Source: an uncultured Bacteroidales bacterium (lineage in GTDB: Bacteria > Bacteroidota > Bacteroidia > Bacteroidales > Paludibacteraceae). From it: a DNA stretch of 44,292 nt. Position 1 is the first letter of the stretch, and each line of letters begins with the position of its first letter. This document shows, piece by piece, positions 33,476-42,430 of this stretch. The translations under genes and the position numbers were made by a program. A model generated the notes under the pieces. It ran no database searches and was not told where the DNA came from. It saw nothing but the letters and a program-made list of their open reading frames with translations. The stretch covers positions 1 through 44,292 of the forward strand of contig CAMOMF010000084.1 of assembly GCA_946619625.1 (NCBI GenBank), in the 5' to 3' direction.

Positions 33476-35359
33476 CTAATAAGTCAACCCGAACCCGAAA
33501 GCATACGCCACAGGCACTTCAGGGTGCTTGTCAAAGTACAGGTGCCCGATGTTTTCCCCCTCGGCATAGCGGGTGTAATGGACATCTTTATCGCCGGAAG
33601 TCACCAGTGGGAAATTGGCTGAGGAGGGCACGTCCTCGTAGCGCACGGGGAACGTCACCGGCAGTTTTCCCGTGGGCGGCACAGCGCCACTAAGCACGTC
33701 CGCCACAGCCAGCCCGCCTTCCTGTCCGGGACACCAAACCAGCAGAATAGCGTCTGCCCAATCGCGCCACGATGCCACTTCCATCACATTGGCGATGTTC
33801 AGCACCACAACCATCCGCTTCCCCTGTTCATGAGCCATGGCAGAGGTTCTTCGCAGCAGGTCTTGCTCGGTATCACTCAGGTAGAAATACCCTTTCTCCA
33901 AGCGGTTGTCTTTTCCCTCGCCCGATTGCCGTCCTACCGTCACGATGGCTATATCCGCACGGTCAATGGCTGCACGCAGCATTTCATCCTGTATGTCCAT
34001 TTCATTATAAGAGGGCTGCCCCATGTACTTCGACACAATCCCCATGCCGGACACTTTGCGTACCGCCTTGCGGGTACCGGCGTACTGCTCGTACACCCTC
34101 CGCAGTTCAGGGTCCAAACTATATCCGGCGGCTGTCAGTCCCGAATCGAGTGACACTCGGTGGGCGCTGTTCACAAATCCGCTGCCTGTGCCGCCACAAA
34201 TCAGTCGGTACGAGTGAACACCTAACAGTGCTATATTCTTCACCTCCTGAGGCAAAGGGAGGGTGTTATTCGCGTTTTTCAGCAGCACACAACCCGCAGC
34301 ACCGGCTCGTCTTGCCAACGCAGCATGCGCCAACGTATCGTACGCTTGCCCGCCGTCACCCCGGAAAGTATGGGTTTTTACAATCAGTTGCAGCATACAC
34401 TCTACTGCTTCGTCAAGGCGTTCTTCTGACAGTTTGCCTTGTTGCACATTGCGGTATATACGGTTGATTCTGCGCTCCATGCCCGGCATTAACAAATCCA
34501 CGCCGGCAGCAATCTTCTCCGCCGGACGGGTATGTCGCTGCCAGTCGGTCAGCACAACCCCTTCGTACCCCCACTGCCCGCGCAGAACATCGGTCAGCAG
34601 ATAGGTATTCTCCTGCACAACGGTCCCATTCACACTGTTATACGACGCCATGACGCACCAAGGCTCAGTATCCTCGATTGTGCGGCGGAAATTCTCCAGG
34701 TAGATGTTGTGCATCGTCAGACTATCCACCTGAACATCGTTGCGGAAGCGGTTGGTTTCCTGGTTATTGAGGGCGTAATGCTTTACACACGCACCCACCC
34801 CCGCCGACTGGACGCCACGCACAATGGCAGATGCCATGGAACTACTCAATGCCACATCCTCCGAGAAATACTCATAGTTGCGCCCGCCAAGCGGATTGCG
34901 GATGATATTCATGCCGGGCATAAGCATCACGTCCACACCTGCCGCCTGCGCTTCCTCGCCGATTGCCCTGCCTACCTCCCGCACCAGTGCAGTGTCGCCA
35001 CTGGAAGCAAGCGCAATGGCAGCGGGAAAAGCCGTCGCTCCTTTCTGCTTCAACCTAAGCCCGGCAGGACCGTCGGAGAACACAATAGAGGGTATGCCCA
35101 AACGTTTGATGGCGCGCGACTCCCCCGCAGCGCCGGGCACCCGGTGACCATGGGTAAAAGGGATATGCAGTCCCTCGAACATACTACCCCAGCCTGCCCC
35201 TACTAACAAAGACGTTTTTTCGTACAATGTCATGTCGGCAAGGACCGAGTCGATGTTGTCGGCACTCAGTTGCAGATGGATGTCATCAGACGCAGACGGC
35301 GCGCACGCCGTCATTACAACTGCGCACGCACCTAACAGGATAGCATGTAAATGTTTCAT
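33476..35359 (-). CDS. Glycoside hydrolase family 3 lipoprotein (beta-glucosidase / beta-hexosaminidase type)
   Basis: 627 aa with lipobox VMTAC. GH3 motifs: GIPSIVFSDGPAGLR, KHYALNNQETNR and GYEGVVLTDW. Confidence 0.88.
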   Translation of the reverse strand: MKHLHAILLGACAVVMTACAPSASDDIHLQLSADNIDSVLADMTLYEKTSLLVGAGWGSMFEGLHIPFTHGHRVPGAAGESRAIKRLGIPSIVFSDGPAGLRLKQKGATAFPAAIALASSGDTALVREVGRAIGEEAQAAGVDVMLMPGMNIIRNPLGGRNYEYFSEDVALSSSMASAIVRGVQSAGVGACVKHYALNNQETNRFRNDVQVDSLTMHNIYLENFRRTIEDTEPWCVMASYNSVNGTVVQENTYLLTDVLRGQWGYEGVVLTDWQRHTRPAEKIAAGVDLLMPGMERRINRIYRNVQQGKLSEERLDEAVECMLQLIVKTHTFRGDGGQAYDTLAHAALARRAGAAGCVLLKNANNTLPLPQEVKNIALLGVHSYRLICGGTGSGFVNSAHRVSLDSGLTAAGYSLDPELRRVYEQYAGTRKAVRKVSGMGIVSKYMGQPSYNEMDIQDEMLRAAIDRADIAIVTVGRQSGEGKDNRLEKGYFYLSDTEQDLLRRTSAMAHEQGKRMVVVLNIANVMEVASWRDWADAILLVWCPGQEGGLAVADVLSGAVPPTGKLPVTFPVRYEDVPSSANFPLVTSGDKDVHYTRYAEGENIGHLYFDKHPEVPVAYAFGFGLTY

Positions 35360-35371
35360 TATTTCATGTTT

Positions 35372-37531
35372 TTAGTTCGAGAATCCCAACTCGCCGTTGT
35401 GCATATCCACCACTACAGGTTTCTGCGGATTGACTTTGCCGGCGATGATCTGCTTGGACAGTTCGTTCAGAACCAACCGTTGCAGTGCCCTCTTGACAGG
35501 ACGGGCGCCGAACTGCGGGTCGTAACCCTCTTTGGCGATGTAGCGGATAGCATCGTTGGTCACACGTAGGTCAATGCCAGCTCCGCCTTGTTCGGCAGGA
35601 CGTCCTAACATACGGCGTATCTCGCTGATTTGCAAGCCTACCACTTGTTCTATCATTTCCTCGCTGAGAGGAGTGAACATGATGGTCTCGTCGATACGGT
35701 TGAGGAACTCGGGACGGATTGTCTGCTTCAGCAGGTCGAATACTTGCCGCTTGGTTTCCTCGCGCGGAACACCTTTCTCCTCATTCTCACGGATAAGTTG
35801 CGTACCCAGATTGGAGGTGAGGATAATAATCGTGTTCTTGAAGTTGACGGTGCGTCCCTTGTTGTCAGTCAAACGACCGTCGTCCAGCACTTGCAAGAGT
35901 ACGTTGAACACATCGGGATGAGCTTTTTCAATCTCATCGAACAGCACTACCGAGTAGGGCTTGCGGCGGATTGCCTCTGTCAGTTGACCGCCCTCGTCGT
36001 ATCCTACATATCCCGGAGGGGCACCGATGAGTCGGGTCGCAGAGAATTTCTCCTGATACTCACTCATGTCGATACGGGTAATCATGTTCTCGTCGTTGAA
36101 CAGATAGTCGGCAAGCGCTTTGGCAAGTTCGGTTTTACCGACACCGGTCGTACCCAGGAAGATGAAACTGCCGATAGGCCGTTTGGGGTCTTGCAGACCG
36201 GCACGGGAACGACGGATAGCGTCACTGACCGCCTGTATTGCCTCGTCCTGCCCGATGACACGCTTATGCAACTCTTCTTCCAGGCGCAACAACTTGTCCC
36301 TTTCGGATTGTTGCATCTTGGTGACAGGAATACCTGTCCAGCGACTTACCACCTCGGCAATGTCGTCCTCGGTGACAGTGTCGTTAATCAGGCTGACGCC
36401 GCCTGCGCCCAACGCGTCCTCGGCAGCCTTAATGCGGTTCTCCGCCTCTTGGATCTTACCGTAGCGCAACTCCGCCACTTTGCCGTAGTTGCCCTCTCGT
36501 TCGGCAACCTCCGCCTCATGTTTCATCTCCTCAATGTGCACTTTCTCTTTCTGGATAGTGTCGTACTGCGCTTTCTCTTTCTTCCACTGCTCGCGCATAC
36601 GGGATGCCTCGGCTTTCTTGTCCTCCAGTTCCTTGGTGAGGCGTTCCAGTTTGGGCTTGTCGTCCTCTTTGAGTATCGCCTGACGCTCAATCTCGAGTTG
36701 CTTGATCTGGCGTTCCAGCGTATCCAGTTCTTCGGGCACGGAGTCCATTTCCAGCCGCAGTTTGCTTGCCGCCTCGTCCACCAAGTCAATCGCCTTGTCG
36801 GGAAGGAACCGGTCGGATATGTATCGCGTGGACAACTGTACGGCTGCTATCAGCGCGTCGTCCTTGATGCGCACATGGTGGTGGTTCTCGTATTTCTCCT
36901 TCAGACCACGCAGGATACTGATAGTCGCCGCCTCATCAGGTTCATCGACCATGACGATTTGGAAACGACGTTCCAGCGCTTTGTCCTTCTCGAAATACTT
37001 CTGGTACTCGCTGAGCGTGGTGGCACCAATGGCGCGCAACTCTCCCCTCGCCAAGGCAGGCTTGAGGATGTTGGCGGCGTCCATGGCACCACTGGACTGT
37101 CCGGCACCTACCAGGGTATGAATCTCATCGATAAAGAGGATGATTTCGCCCTCGGCTTTCACCACCTCGTTCACTACGCCCTTCAGACGCTCTTCAAACT
37201 CGCCCTGATATTTGGCACCGGCAATCAGTGCACCCATATCGAGCGAATATAGTTGTTTCTTCTTCAGGTTTTCAGGCACGTCACCACGCACGATACGGAA
37301 AGCAAGTCCCTCCGCAATAGCGGTTTTACCGACACCCGGCTCTCCTATCAGGATAGGGTTGTTCTTTGTGCGGCGACTCAGGATTTGCAGCACACGGCGG
37401 ATTTCTTCGTCGCGACCGATCACCGGGTCCAACTTGCCGCTTTTAGCACGCTCATTCAGGTTGATTGCGTACTTGTCCAAGTTCTCATGTTGAGAAGCGG
37501 ACGGTGTTTGATTCTGTGTTGCCATATTCAT
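35372..37531 (-). CDS. clpB: ClpB-type AAA+ disaggregase lacking the N-terminal (Clp_N) domain
   Basis: 719 aa from the ATG at 37531. Two Walker A sites ([26 protein letters not shown]), a long coiled-coil M-domain and a [10 protein letters not shown] end. The alignment to ClpB starts at the N-domain/NBD1 linker ([29 protein letters not shown]). Confidence 0.88.
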   Translation of the reverse strand: MNMATQNQTPSASQHENLDKYAINLNERAKSGKLDPVIGRDEEIRRVLQILSRRTKNNPILIGEPGVGKTAIAEGLAFRIVRGDVPENLKKKQLYSLDMGALIAGAKYQGEFEERLKGVVNEVVKAEGEIILFIDEIHTLVGAGQSSGAMDAANILKPALARGELRAIGATTLSEYQKYFEKDKALERRFQIVMVDEPDEAATISILRGLKEKYENHHHVRIKDDALIAAVQLSTRYISDRFLPDKAIDLVDEAASKLRLEMDSVPEELDTLERQIKQLEIERQAILKEDDKPKLERLTKELEDKKAEASRMREQWKKEKAQYDTIQKEKVHIEEMKHEAEVAEREGNYGKVAELRYGKIQEAENRIKAAEDALGAGGVSLINDTVTEDDIAEVVSRWTGIPVTKMQQSERDKLLRLEEELHKRVIGQDEAIQAVSDAIRRSRAGLQDPKRPIGSFIFLGTTGVGKTELAKALADYLFNDENMITRIDMSEYQEKFSATRLIGAPPGYVGYDEGGQLTEAIRRKPYSVVLFDEIEKAHPDVFNVLLQVLDDGRLTDNKGRTVNFKNTIIILTSNLGTQLIRENEEKGVPREETKRQVFDLLKQTIRPEFLNRIDETIMFTPLSEEMIEQVVGLQISEIRRMLGRPAEQGGAGIDLRVTNDAIRYIAKEGYDPQFGARPVKRALQRLVLNELSKQIIAGKVNPQKPVVVDMHNGELGFSN

Positions 37532-37646
37532 TCGGATTTTAATTGTTTTGCCGAACCTCTTGCAATTAAAATGCCAAAAGAAGAATCGTGTACAATCTGT
37601 CAGTTTCCGGCATGTGAACTCTGCCATGTGACTGACAAAATGGCAA

Positions 37647-38990
37647 TCATCTCGTCAGGTCTTCGTAGCGCCTTTTTGCGGTCAGATAGGATATACGCCT
37701 GTCGGTGATGGCGTTCTGCGCCTGCAGGAGCAAAGCGTTGGCTTGCAAGACATCGTTGAGGGTGTTCACCCCTGCCTTGTAGTTCAGTTCAGCCAAACGG
37801 TAATTTTCCTCCGCCATTGCCAGTGCAGACGAGTCGGACACCAACAGTGCCTGCGCCTCCACCATTTGGTTGTACGCCTGCCTTTCCTGCAGTCCCATCT
37901 GCATGTTGAGGTTGTCGCGCTGCAATTCATACTGGCGGATGGCAATATTGTGCTCGCGAATCTTGTGCGATGTCTCCCACCACTGCGTGAGGGGGATAAC
38001 AGCGGTGGCGAACAGCAATCCGTTATGGTTGTAGTTCACCTTGACAGGGTTGCCCCAATAATAGGTGCCGCCCAAAGCAACCTGCGGCAAGGCCTCGCCG
38101 ATAGTGATTTTTTTCTTCAACTCTTCCGCCCTCACTTGCAGGTCCAACAGTTTGCGTTCAGGACGATCCATATTGCTCTGCAGCGCCAACAGACGGACAG
38201 GTTCAACCGCTTGCTTCTCATCCGCCAGCACCAACCCGCCGTCAGGATAGTCAATGCCAATCTGCTGGCACAACAGTCGTGATGCCAGTTCGATACCATT
38301 GCTGAGTTGCAACTGTTTGGCACGTATCTCGTTTTTCTTCAGTTCCACTTGCAGCGCATCACTCTTCGTCACCAATCCCGCCTGCAGCGCCACGTCCACA
38401 GTGTGCGTGAGCGAGTCCAACAGTGCCAAGCCGGACTGCACGGTCTGGACTTTGTCTTGAAGTCCCAGCACTAAATAATACGACGACTCGATGTTCTCCA
38501 ATATGTCACGCTCGCTCACCTCGGCTTTCAGTTCGGCAGCTTCTACTCCCAGCCCCGCCAACTTGTTGCCGTTCACGATACGTCCTCCGGCAAAGAGGGG
38601 CTGTACCGCCGTGGCGCTGAGCGACAGACCGTGTCGCATCAAGGCAATCTCGTTGCGGACATCGCTCTCTTCTTTCACCAAGTCAAACAATGCTTGCAGC
38701 AGTCTGCGGGCGTCATCAGACTGAATGTCGTCAATTCCGAACTCCAAAATAGGGTTCAGCGCGTGGTAAGCAAAGAATGAGCCGCTCACCTGCGGAAAGA
38801 ATTTCGTGAACACTTGTGCCTTCACTTCCCGTGCTTTGTCAATTTCCAAGCGCGAGACACGTATGTCTGCGTTGTTCTGTTTTGCCAGACTGAGACAACT
38901 GTCCAAAGTAAGGGGTTCCGCCCAAACACCGGCGCACAGCAACAAAGCAGTCAGCACAATATGGAGTCTTTGGAGTCTGATCATTCCCAC
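37647..38990 (-). CDS. TolC-family outer-membrane channel protein
   Basis: 447 aa (alternative start at 38984). It has a signal peptide, [18 protein letters not shown] and the repeated coiled/beta pattern typical of OEP/TolC proteins, ending in [16 protein letters not shown]. Confidence 0.85.
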   Translation of the reverse strand: MGMIRLQRLHIVLTALLLCAGVWAEPLTLDSCLSLAKQNNADIRVSRLEIDKAREVKAQVFTKFFPQVSGSFFAYHALNPILEFGIDDIQSDDARRLLQALFDLVKEESDVRNEIALMRHGLSLSATAVQPLFAGGRIVNGNKLAGLGVEAAELKAEVSERDILENIESSYYLVLGLQDKVQTVQSGLALLDSLTHTVDVALQAGLVTKSDALQVELKKNEIRAKQLQLSNGIELASRLLCQQIGIDYPDGGLVLADEKQAVEPVRLLALQSNMDRPERKLLDLQVRAEELKKKITIGEALPQVALGGTYYWGNPVKVNYNHNGLLFATAVIPLTQWWETSHKIREHNIAIRQYELQRDNLNMQMGLQERQAYNQMVEAQALLVSDSSALAMAEENYRLAELNYKAGVNTLNDVLQANALLLQAQNAITDRRISYLTAKRRYEDLTR

Positions 38991-39475
38991 ACTGGTTCTT
39001 GTACCCGCCCGAAACGGTCACATTTGTTCTTGACGAAAGTGCTGAACAGCAGCAAACTGTCGGACTTGGTTTTCACTTTCCACGTCTTGGGCACGATGGC
39101 ACTGCCGATTTCCATCTGGTGTTCTTCCCTCAGGTTCTTGCCCTCTTTGCGCCAGCGAAACCATCCGTTGCCGTGGTAATTGAGGTCCTCCTCGAAGACA
39201 TCATCCGACTCGTCCCACTCTTTGCCCCAGTAATAGCCGTCCCCATCGTAGTCATCGTAATAGACCTTGAACCACTTGGGGTTCTCGGCGTTTTGCCATG
39301 TACCCACGATAGCGGGGTCTGCGGCGGGTGAACCATCGTCGTAGTAATACACATCGTTAGTGAACCTGCCCACGACATCCATGCGGCTGCCGGGCACAAC
39401 GAAATGTACAATCGTTACGGCACCCGCCAATACAACCAAGGCAACACACAGCCAAAGAATCAGTTTGCGGTTCAT
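38981..39475 (-). CDS. Small membrane-anchored acidic Trp/Tyr-rich hypothetical protein
   Basis: 164 aa with one N-terminal TM helix (LILWLCVALVVLAGAVTIV). It is translationally coupled to both neighbours: a 1-nt gap upstream and a 10-nt overlap or abutting junction downstream. Confidence 0.6.
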   Translation of the reverse strand: MNRKLILWLCVALVVLAGAVTIVHFVVPGSRMDVVGRFTNDVYYYDDGSPAADPAIVGTWQNAENPKWFKVYYDDYDGDGYYWGKEWDESDDVFEEDLNYHGNGWFRWRKEGKNLREEHQMEIGSAIVPKTWKVKTKSDSLLLFSTFVKNKCDRFGRVQEPVWE

Positions 39476-39476
39476 A

Positions 39477-41150
39477 CTATTTCAGGATAATTAATTTAGC
39501 CGTATTATTGTCCACCGAAGGCATAGTCCATCCCACCGGTGCGGGTATATAGGTGGGGTCGCACACTACATATCGCTTCTCTTCATATTCAAGCCAGTCG
39601 CCCTTTACGTCCTCATTGAAAGCCACAGCTGCGGCAAGGTGTCCGGGATAATATATCAGCGCCACATCCAGTCCGACAAGGTCGCGCACCAATCGAGTAA
39701 AGAGGATGGCACGGTCCTCACAGTCGCACTTCGGATAGTAAAGTGTTTCTTGTGCAAAGAAAGCGCGGTCGTTCCCCCAAACCGTATCATCGAGGGCGTA
39801 TGGGAAAGCGGTCTGTACCCAGTTGAGCAGGATTCTCACCGCTTCCAGTTCACTCATCGAGGCGATGGTACGCTTCAGCGGCGGATACAATTCATCGCGA
39901 ACACTTTTTTCCAGCGGCGTATTGGCGTACGCAGCCCAACGAGTGGTGAAATCGCCATCTACGTTCGCCTGAGGGTATTGGTTGAAGAAATCTATCAGGT
40001 TCTTGTTCACACTCACAGAGGTCATCACACCCTTGCGAGAAACCAGTTTGCGCTTGGGAGTGGGGTTGGCCTCACATTTGGGCAGGCGGGCGATTTGCAT
40101 GGAGAGGGACTGCTCTTTGTCGTACTTGGAGGGGCACATCTGCAGACGCTCACCATTGTGCTCACCCATAATATAGAATTTTTCTCCGTTCATGGTAAGG
40201 TAACGGACGTTGAATATCTCATAATTGCTTGCCACCAAGAGGAACAATTTCTCCCCTGCCTTGGCAAGACGCACTCTGTATCCCGATTGCGTCATGAGGA
40301 ACGCCTGCATGAAGGTTGCCTCATTGCCTGCGCCGTAATGCTCCTCGCAAGCGGTACGTAGTGCACCCATATACGCCCAATCGCACAACTCGTACTTATC
40401 GCGTGCGTCCATGGCGGATTTGACTGTGATATCGTACTGCTTGCCCGCCAACATTTTCCATGCCTTGGCAAGCGTTTCCTCCTTGATGTCCTCAATGTTC
40501 AGATTATCCGGACGCGGGAAAGAAAGGGAGATGCCGCAACCGAAATAGTCCACCGCCACGTTTTGGTCAATGGAGGGACCCTGAGGATTGACCGGCGCGA
40601 TGGGTGCAGGGGCTGGCGTTGGTTTGGGAACCACTGTCACTGCGGGACTGACAGAGATTTTCTTGGACGGAATCAATTGAAACCGTTTAGGTGACTCGGT
40701 CTGTTCCTCCGACTTGGCACTGTCCTGTTTGTTTCTTGAGAGCAAATTGCGTAGGGAGAAACTCCAATTGGTGGTACTGTCCGGTGCAGGATTCTCGCGG
40801 GCCTCCAGCACAGGCAGCGTGTCAAGTGCGGACTGTTCGGGTTCCTCGTTAGTCGATTCAGTGGCACTCTCGGACTGAACTTCCGGCTCGACATACTCCA
40901 CCGGCGGTAATTCTTCTTCCACCGGCGGCACGATGGGTTCGTGCACGGGAAACTCCGCCCATGCTTGTCGCATAAACTCGGCATACTCCATGTTCACCTT
41001 ACGGCGGAACTCATCGTATTGGTCCTGATAACTGTTTCGCGCCCTGTCAAAAGCCGCCCTTTGCTGTTCCCTGAACTTTTCAAAAGCGTCATTCTGCGCC
41101 ATTGCCGGCAGTGTCAAGGCGAGGAAACATATGAAAGCTATTCTACGCAT
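39477..41150 (-). CDS. Secreted protein with C-terminal transglutaminase-like cysteine peptidase fold
   Basis: The ATG at 41150 gives the signal peptide MRRIAFICFLALTLPAMAQ. The longer ORF reaching 41267 would run through its own promoter. Putative Cys-His-Asp triad: YPKCDCEDRAILFTRLV ... YYPGHLAAAVAF ... YVVCDPTY. Confidence 0.65.
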   Translation of the reverse strand: MRRIAFICFLALTLPAMAQNDAFEKFREQQRAAFDRARNSYQDQYDEFRRKVNMEYAEFMRQAWAEFPVHEPIVPPVEEELPPVEYVEPEVQSESATESTNEEPEQSALDTLPVLEARENPAPDSTTNWSFSLRNLLSRNKQDSAKSEEQTESPKRFQLIPSKKISVSPAVTVVPKPTPAPAPIAPVNPQGPSIDQNVAVDYFGCGISLSFPRPDNLNIEDIKEETLAKAWKMLAGKQYDITVKSAMDARDKYELCDWAYMGALRTACEEHYGAGNEATFMQAFLMTQSGYRVRLAKAGEKLFLLVASNYEIFNVRYLTMNGEKFYIMGEHNGERLQMCPSKYDKEQSLSMQIARLPKCEANPTPKRKLVSRKGVMTSVSVNKNLIDFFNQYPQANVDGDFTTRWAAYANTPLEKSVRDELYPPLKRTIASMSELEAVRILLNWVQTAFPYALDDTVWGNDRAFFAQETLYYPKCDCEDRAILFTRLVRDLVGLDVALIYYPGHLAAAVAFNEDVKGDWLEYEEKRYVVCDPTYIPAPVGWTMPSVDNNTAKLIILK

Positions 41151-41224
41151 AGTTTGAAGTTGTTTGTCAATTGTATGATATTGTTTGAAGTTACTTGGTG
41201 TTGGTGCACTCACCTTTGCGGGTG

Positions 41225-41255
41225 CAAAGGTACAACTTTTTTTTGACATGTGCAA
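41225..41255 (-). promoter_or_regulatory. Bacteroidetes-type promoter cassette for the minus-strand operon
   Basis: Minus strand: ttgcacatgtcaaaaaaaagttgTACCTTTG, followed by CACCCGCAAAGGTG. Confidence 0.75.
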
Positions 41256-41403
41256 GAGTTTCTTCAACTTTTTACCAAAAAAGTGTCTTTTTTTTGAAAT
41301 GATAGTTCAGGAGTGTAGGAATGTAGATAGTTGTTTAGGGAATATAGACATACCTTTTTTCTCTCTCTTCCCCCAAAAAATTGTTAAACATTTTGCTTAC
41401 GGT

Positions 41404-41458
41404 CTCCTTACTCTCTCCTTACTCTCTCCATACCCTCTCCACACGGTCTCCGCACCAT
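41404..41458 (+). repeat. 11-bp phased CTCC repeat (5 units) in the divergent promoter region
   Basis: ctccttactct ctccttactct ctccataccct ctccacacggt ctccgcaccat. Confidence 0.8.
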
Positions 41459-41521
41459 GCACACGAAATAATCACCCATGGGGCAAAAGGTGACTATTTT
41501 TGCACTTTTTTCAGAAAAGGC

Positions 41522-41552
41522 TTGCATATGTCAGAAAAAAGCAGTAACTTTG
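41522..41552 (+). promoter_or_regulatory. Bacteroidetes-type promoter cassette ending 4 nt before an ATG
   Basis: ttgcatatgtcagaaaaaagcagTAACTTTG (the -7 box ends at 41552), then cagcATG with the ATG at 41557. Confidence 0.75.
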
Positions 41553-41556
41553 CAGC

Positions 41557-41985
41557 ATGAAACGGAAAGGAATACTCATATTCGCTTGTTTGACGGTGCT
41601 GTTTACAGCGCTGTTTCAACCGTTTACAGCATTGCTCCGGACGTTTACTCCAGCAGGGAGTTGTTATGATGGCGCACTCCCGCAAGGACTGGTGTCGGGC
41701 AGTGGACCATCCACAAACGAGGAACCATGCACGAATGAGGAACAAACCTGTTTCCTTGTCAGTTGTCCGTCTTCGCGTCCATACGCAATCGAGGAGCATA
41801 GTAACACGGTCATTGCACCGTCGCCGGTAACCATCCACGGGGCATCACCGGACGGTCATGGGGTCGCCGCCCATACGGTTCAACGCATACTGACCTCGCG
41901 ACGGAGTACTTGCAACGCCGTACAAAAAACGGGCATTTCTTTGCCACCCGAACTTATCGCTTTCCCGTTCTCATCGTTTTGGTAA
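41557..41985 (+). CDS. Hypothetical 142-aa protein with signal-like N-terminus (possibly a leaderless mRNA; could instead be non-coding)
   Basis: The ORF starts at about the predicted transcription start. N-terminus: MKRKGILIFACLTVLFTALF. I recognise no family. Confidence 0.35.
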   Translation: MKRKGILIFACLTVLFTALFQPFTALLRTFTPAGSCYDGALPQGLVSGSGPSTNEEPCTNEEQTCFLVSCPSSRPYAIEEHSNTVIAPSPVTIHGASPDGHGVAAHTVQRILTSRRSTCNAVQKTGISLPPELIAFPFSSFW

Positions 41986-42067
41986 AAAGGTTACTTATTG
42001 CATGGACGTCCCAACAAGGTGGGACCCGATAGACTTCACTGAGTATTAACCTTTTATACAAAACAAA

Positions 42068-42190
42068 TATGGATTTAGGAATTGTCATTACCGCAGTGGT
42101 AATGTTGCTGATTATGTGCAGCCCCATCTTCATTTTCCGCAACAAAAACAAGAACAGAAAATCAGAAAAAAAAGATGAGACGAAAGAATA
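42068..42190 (+). CDS. Candidate 40-aa single-pass membrane peptide
   Basis: It is not in the ORF track because it is too short. Manual translation: MDLGIVITAVVMLLIMCSPIFIFRNKNKNRKSEKKDETKE, a hydrophobic helix followed by a Lys-rich tail. A stem-loop follows at 42218-42247. Confidence 0.3.
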
Positions 42191-42319
42191 ATTAAGGTAC
42201 TTCATAATAATAACCGAAAACAGGGGTGTGCTGCGGCGCGCCCTTGTTGTTTAAGCCATTTAACAAAAACATAAATCGGGCAAAAAGTATAGTTTTTTGC
42301 ACTTTTTTTGAAGAAACTC

Positions 42320-42350
42320 TTGCATATGTCAATTTTTTGTTGTAACTTTG
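42320..42350 (+). promoter_or_regulatory. Bacteroidetes-type promoter cassette for the PPIase gene
   Basis: ttgcatatgtcaattttttgttgTAACTTTG, within the palindrome GTAACTTTGCACCCGCAAAAGTTAC (42342-42366). Confidence 0.75.
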
Positions 42351-42430
42351 CACCCGCAAAAGTTACAGTGCACACTTTAGCACGGTTTTTGCAATAAAGA
42401 ACAATGCAAAGAAAAGAAAAAACATACAAA

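Noticed and set aside
41151-41267. Upstream extension of the transglutaminase-like ORF (MKKLLHMSKKSCTFAPAK...).
   Set aside because: The extension is encoded by the promoter cassette itself (41225-41255), and a normal signal peptide starts at 41150.
41557-42067. Possible RNase P RNA, tmRNA, 6S RNA or riboswitch (TPP, cobalamin) behind the strong promoter.
   Set aside because: I could not find any of the conserved cores: GAGGAAAGUCC, the tRNA-like GGUUCGAUUCC end, the B12 box or the CUGAGA/ACCUGA of TPP. The region remains unassigned rather than called.
41954-42205. 83-aa minus-strand ORF overlapping the 40-aa peptide locus.
   Set aside because: It has no promoter or signal features, an odd composition, and would run into the end of the 142-aa ORF. 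The plus-strand mini-ORF with a TM helix is a slightly better explanation, although that one is itself uncertain.
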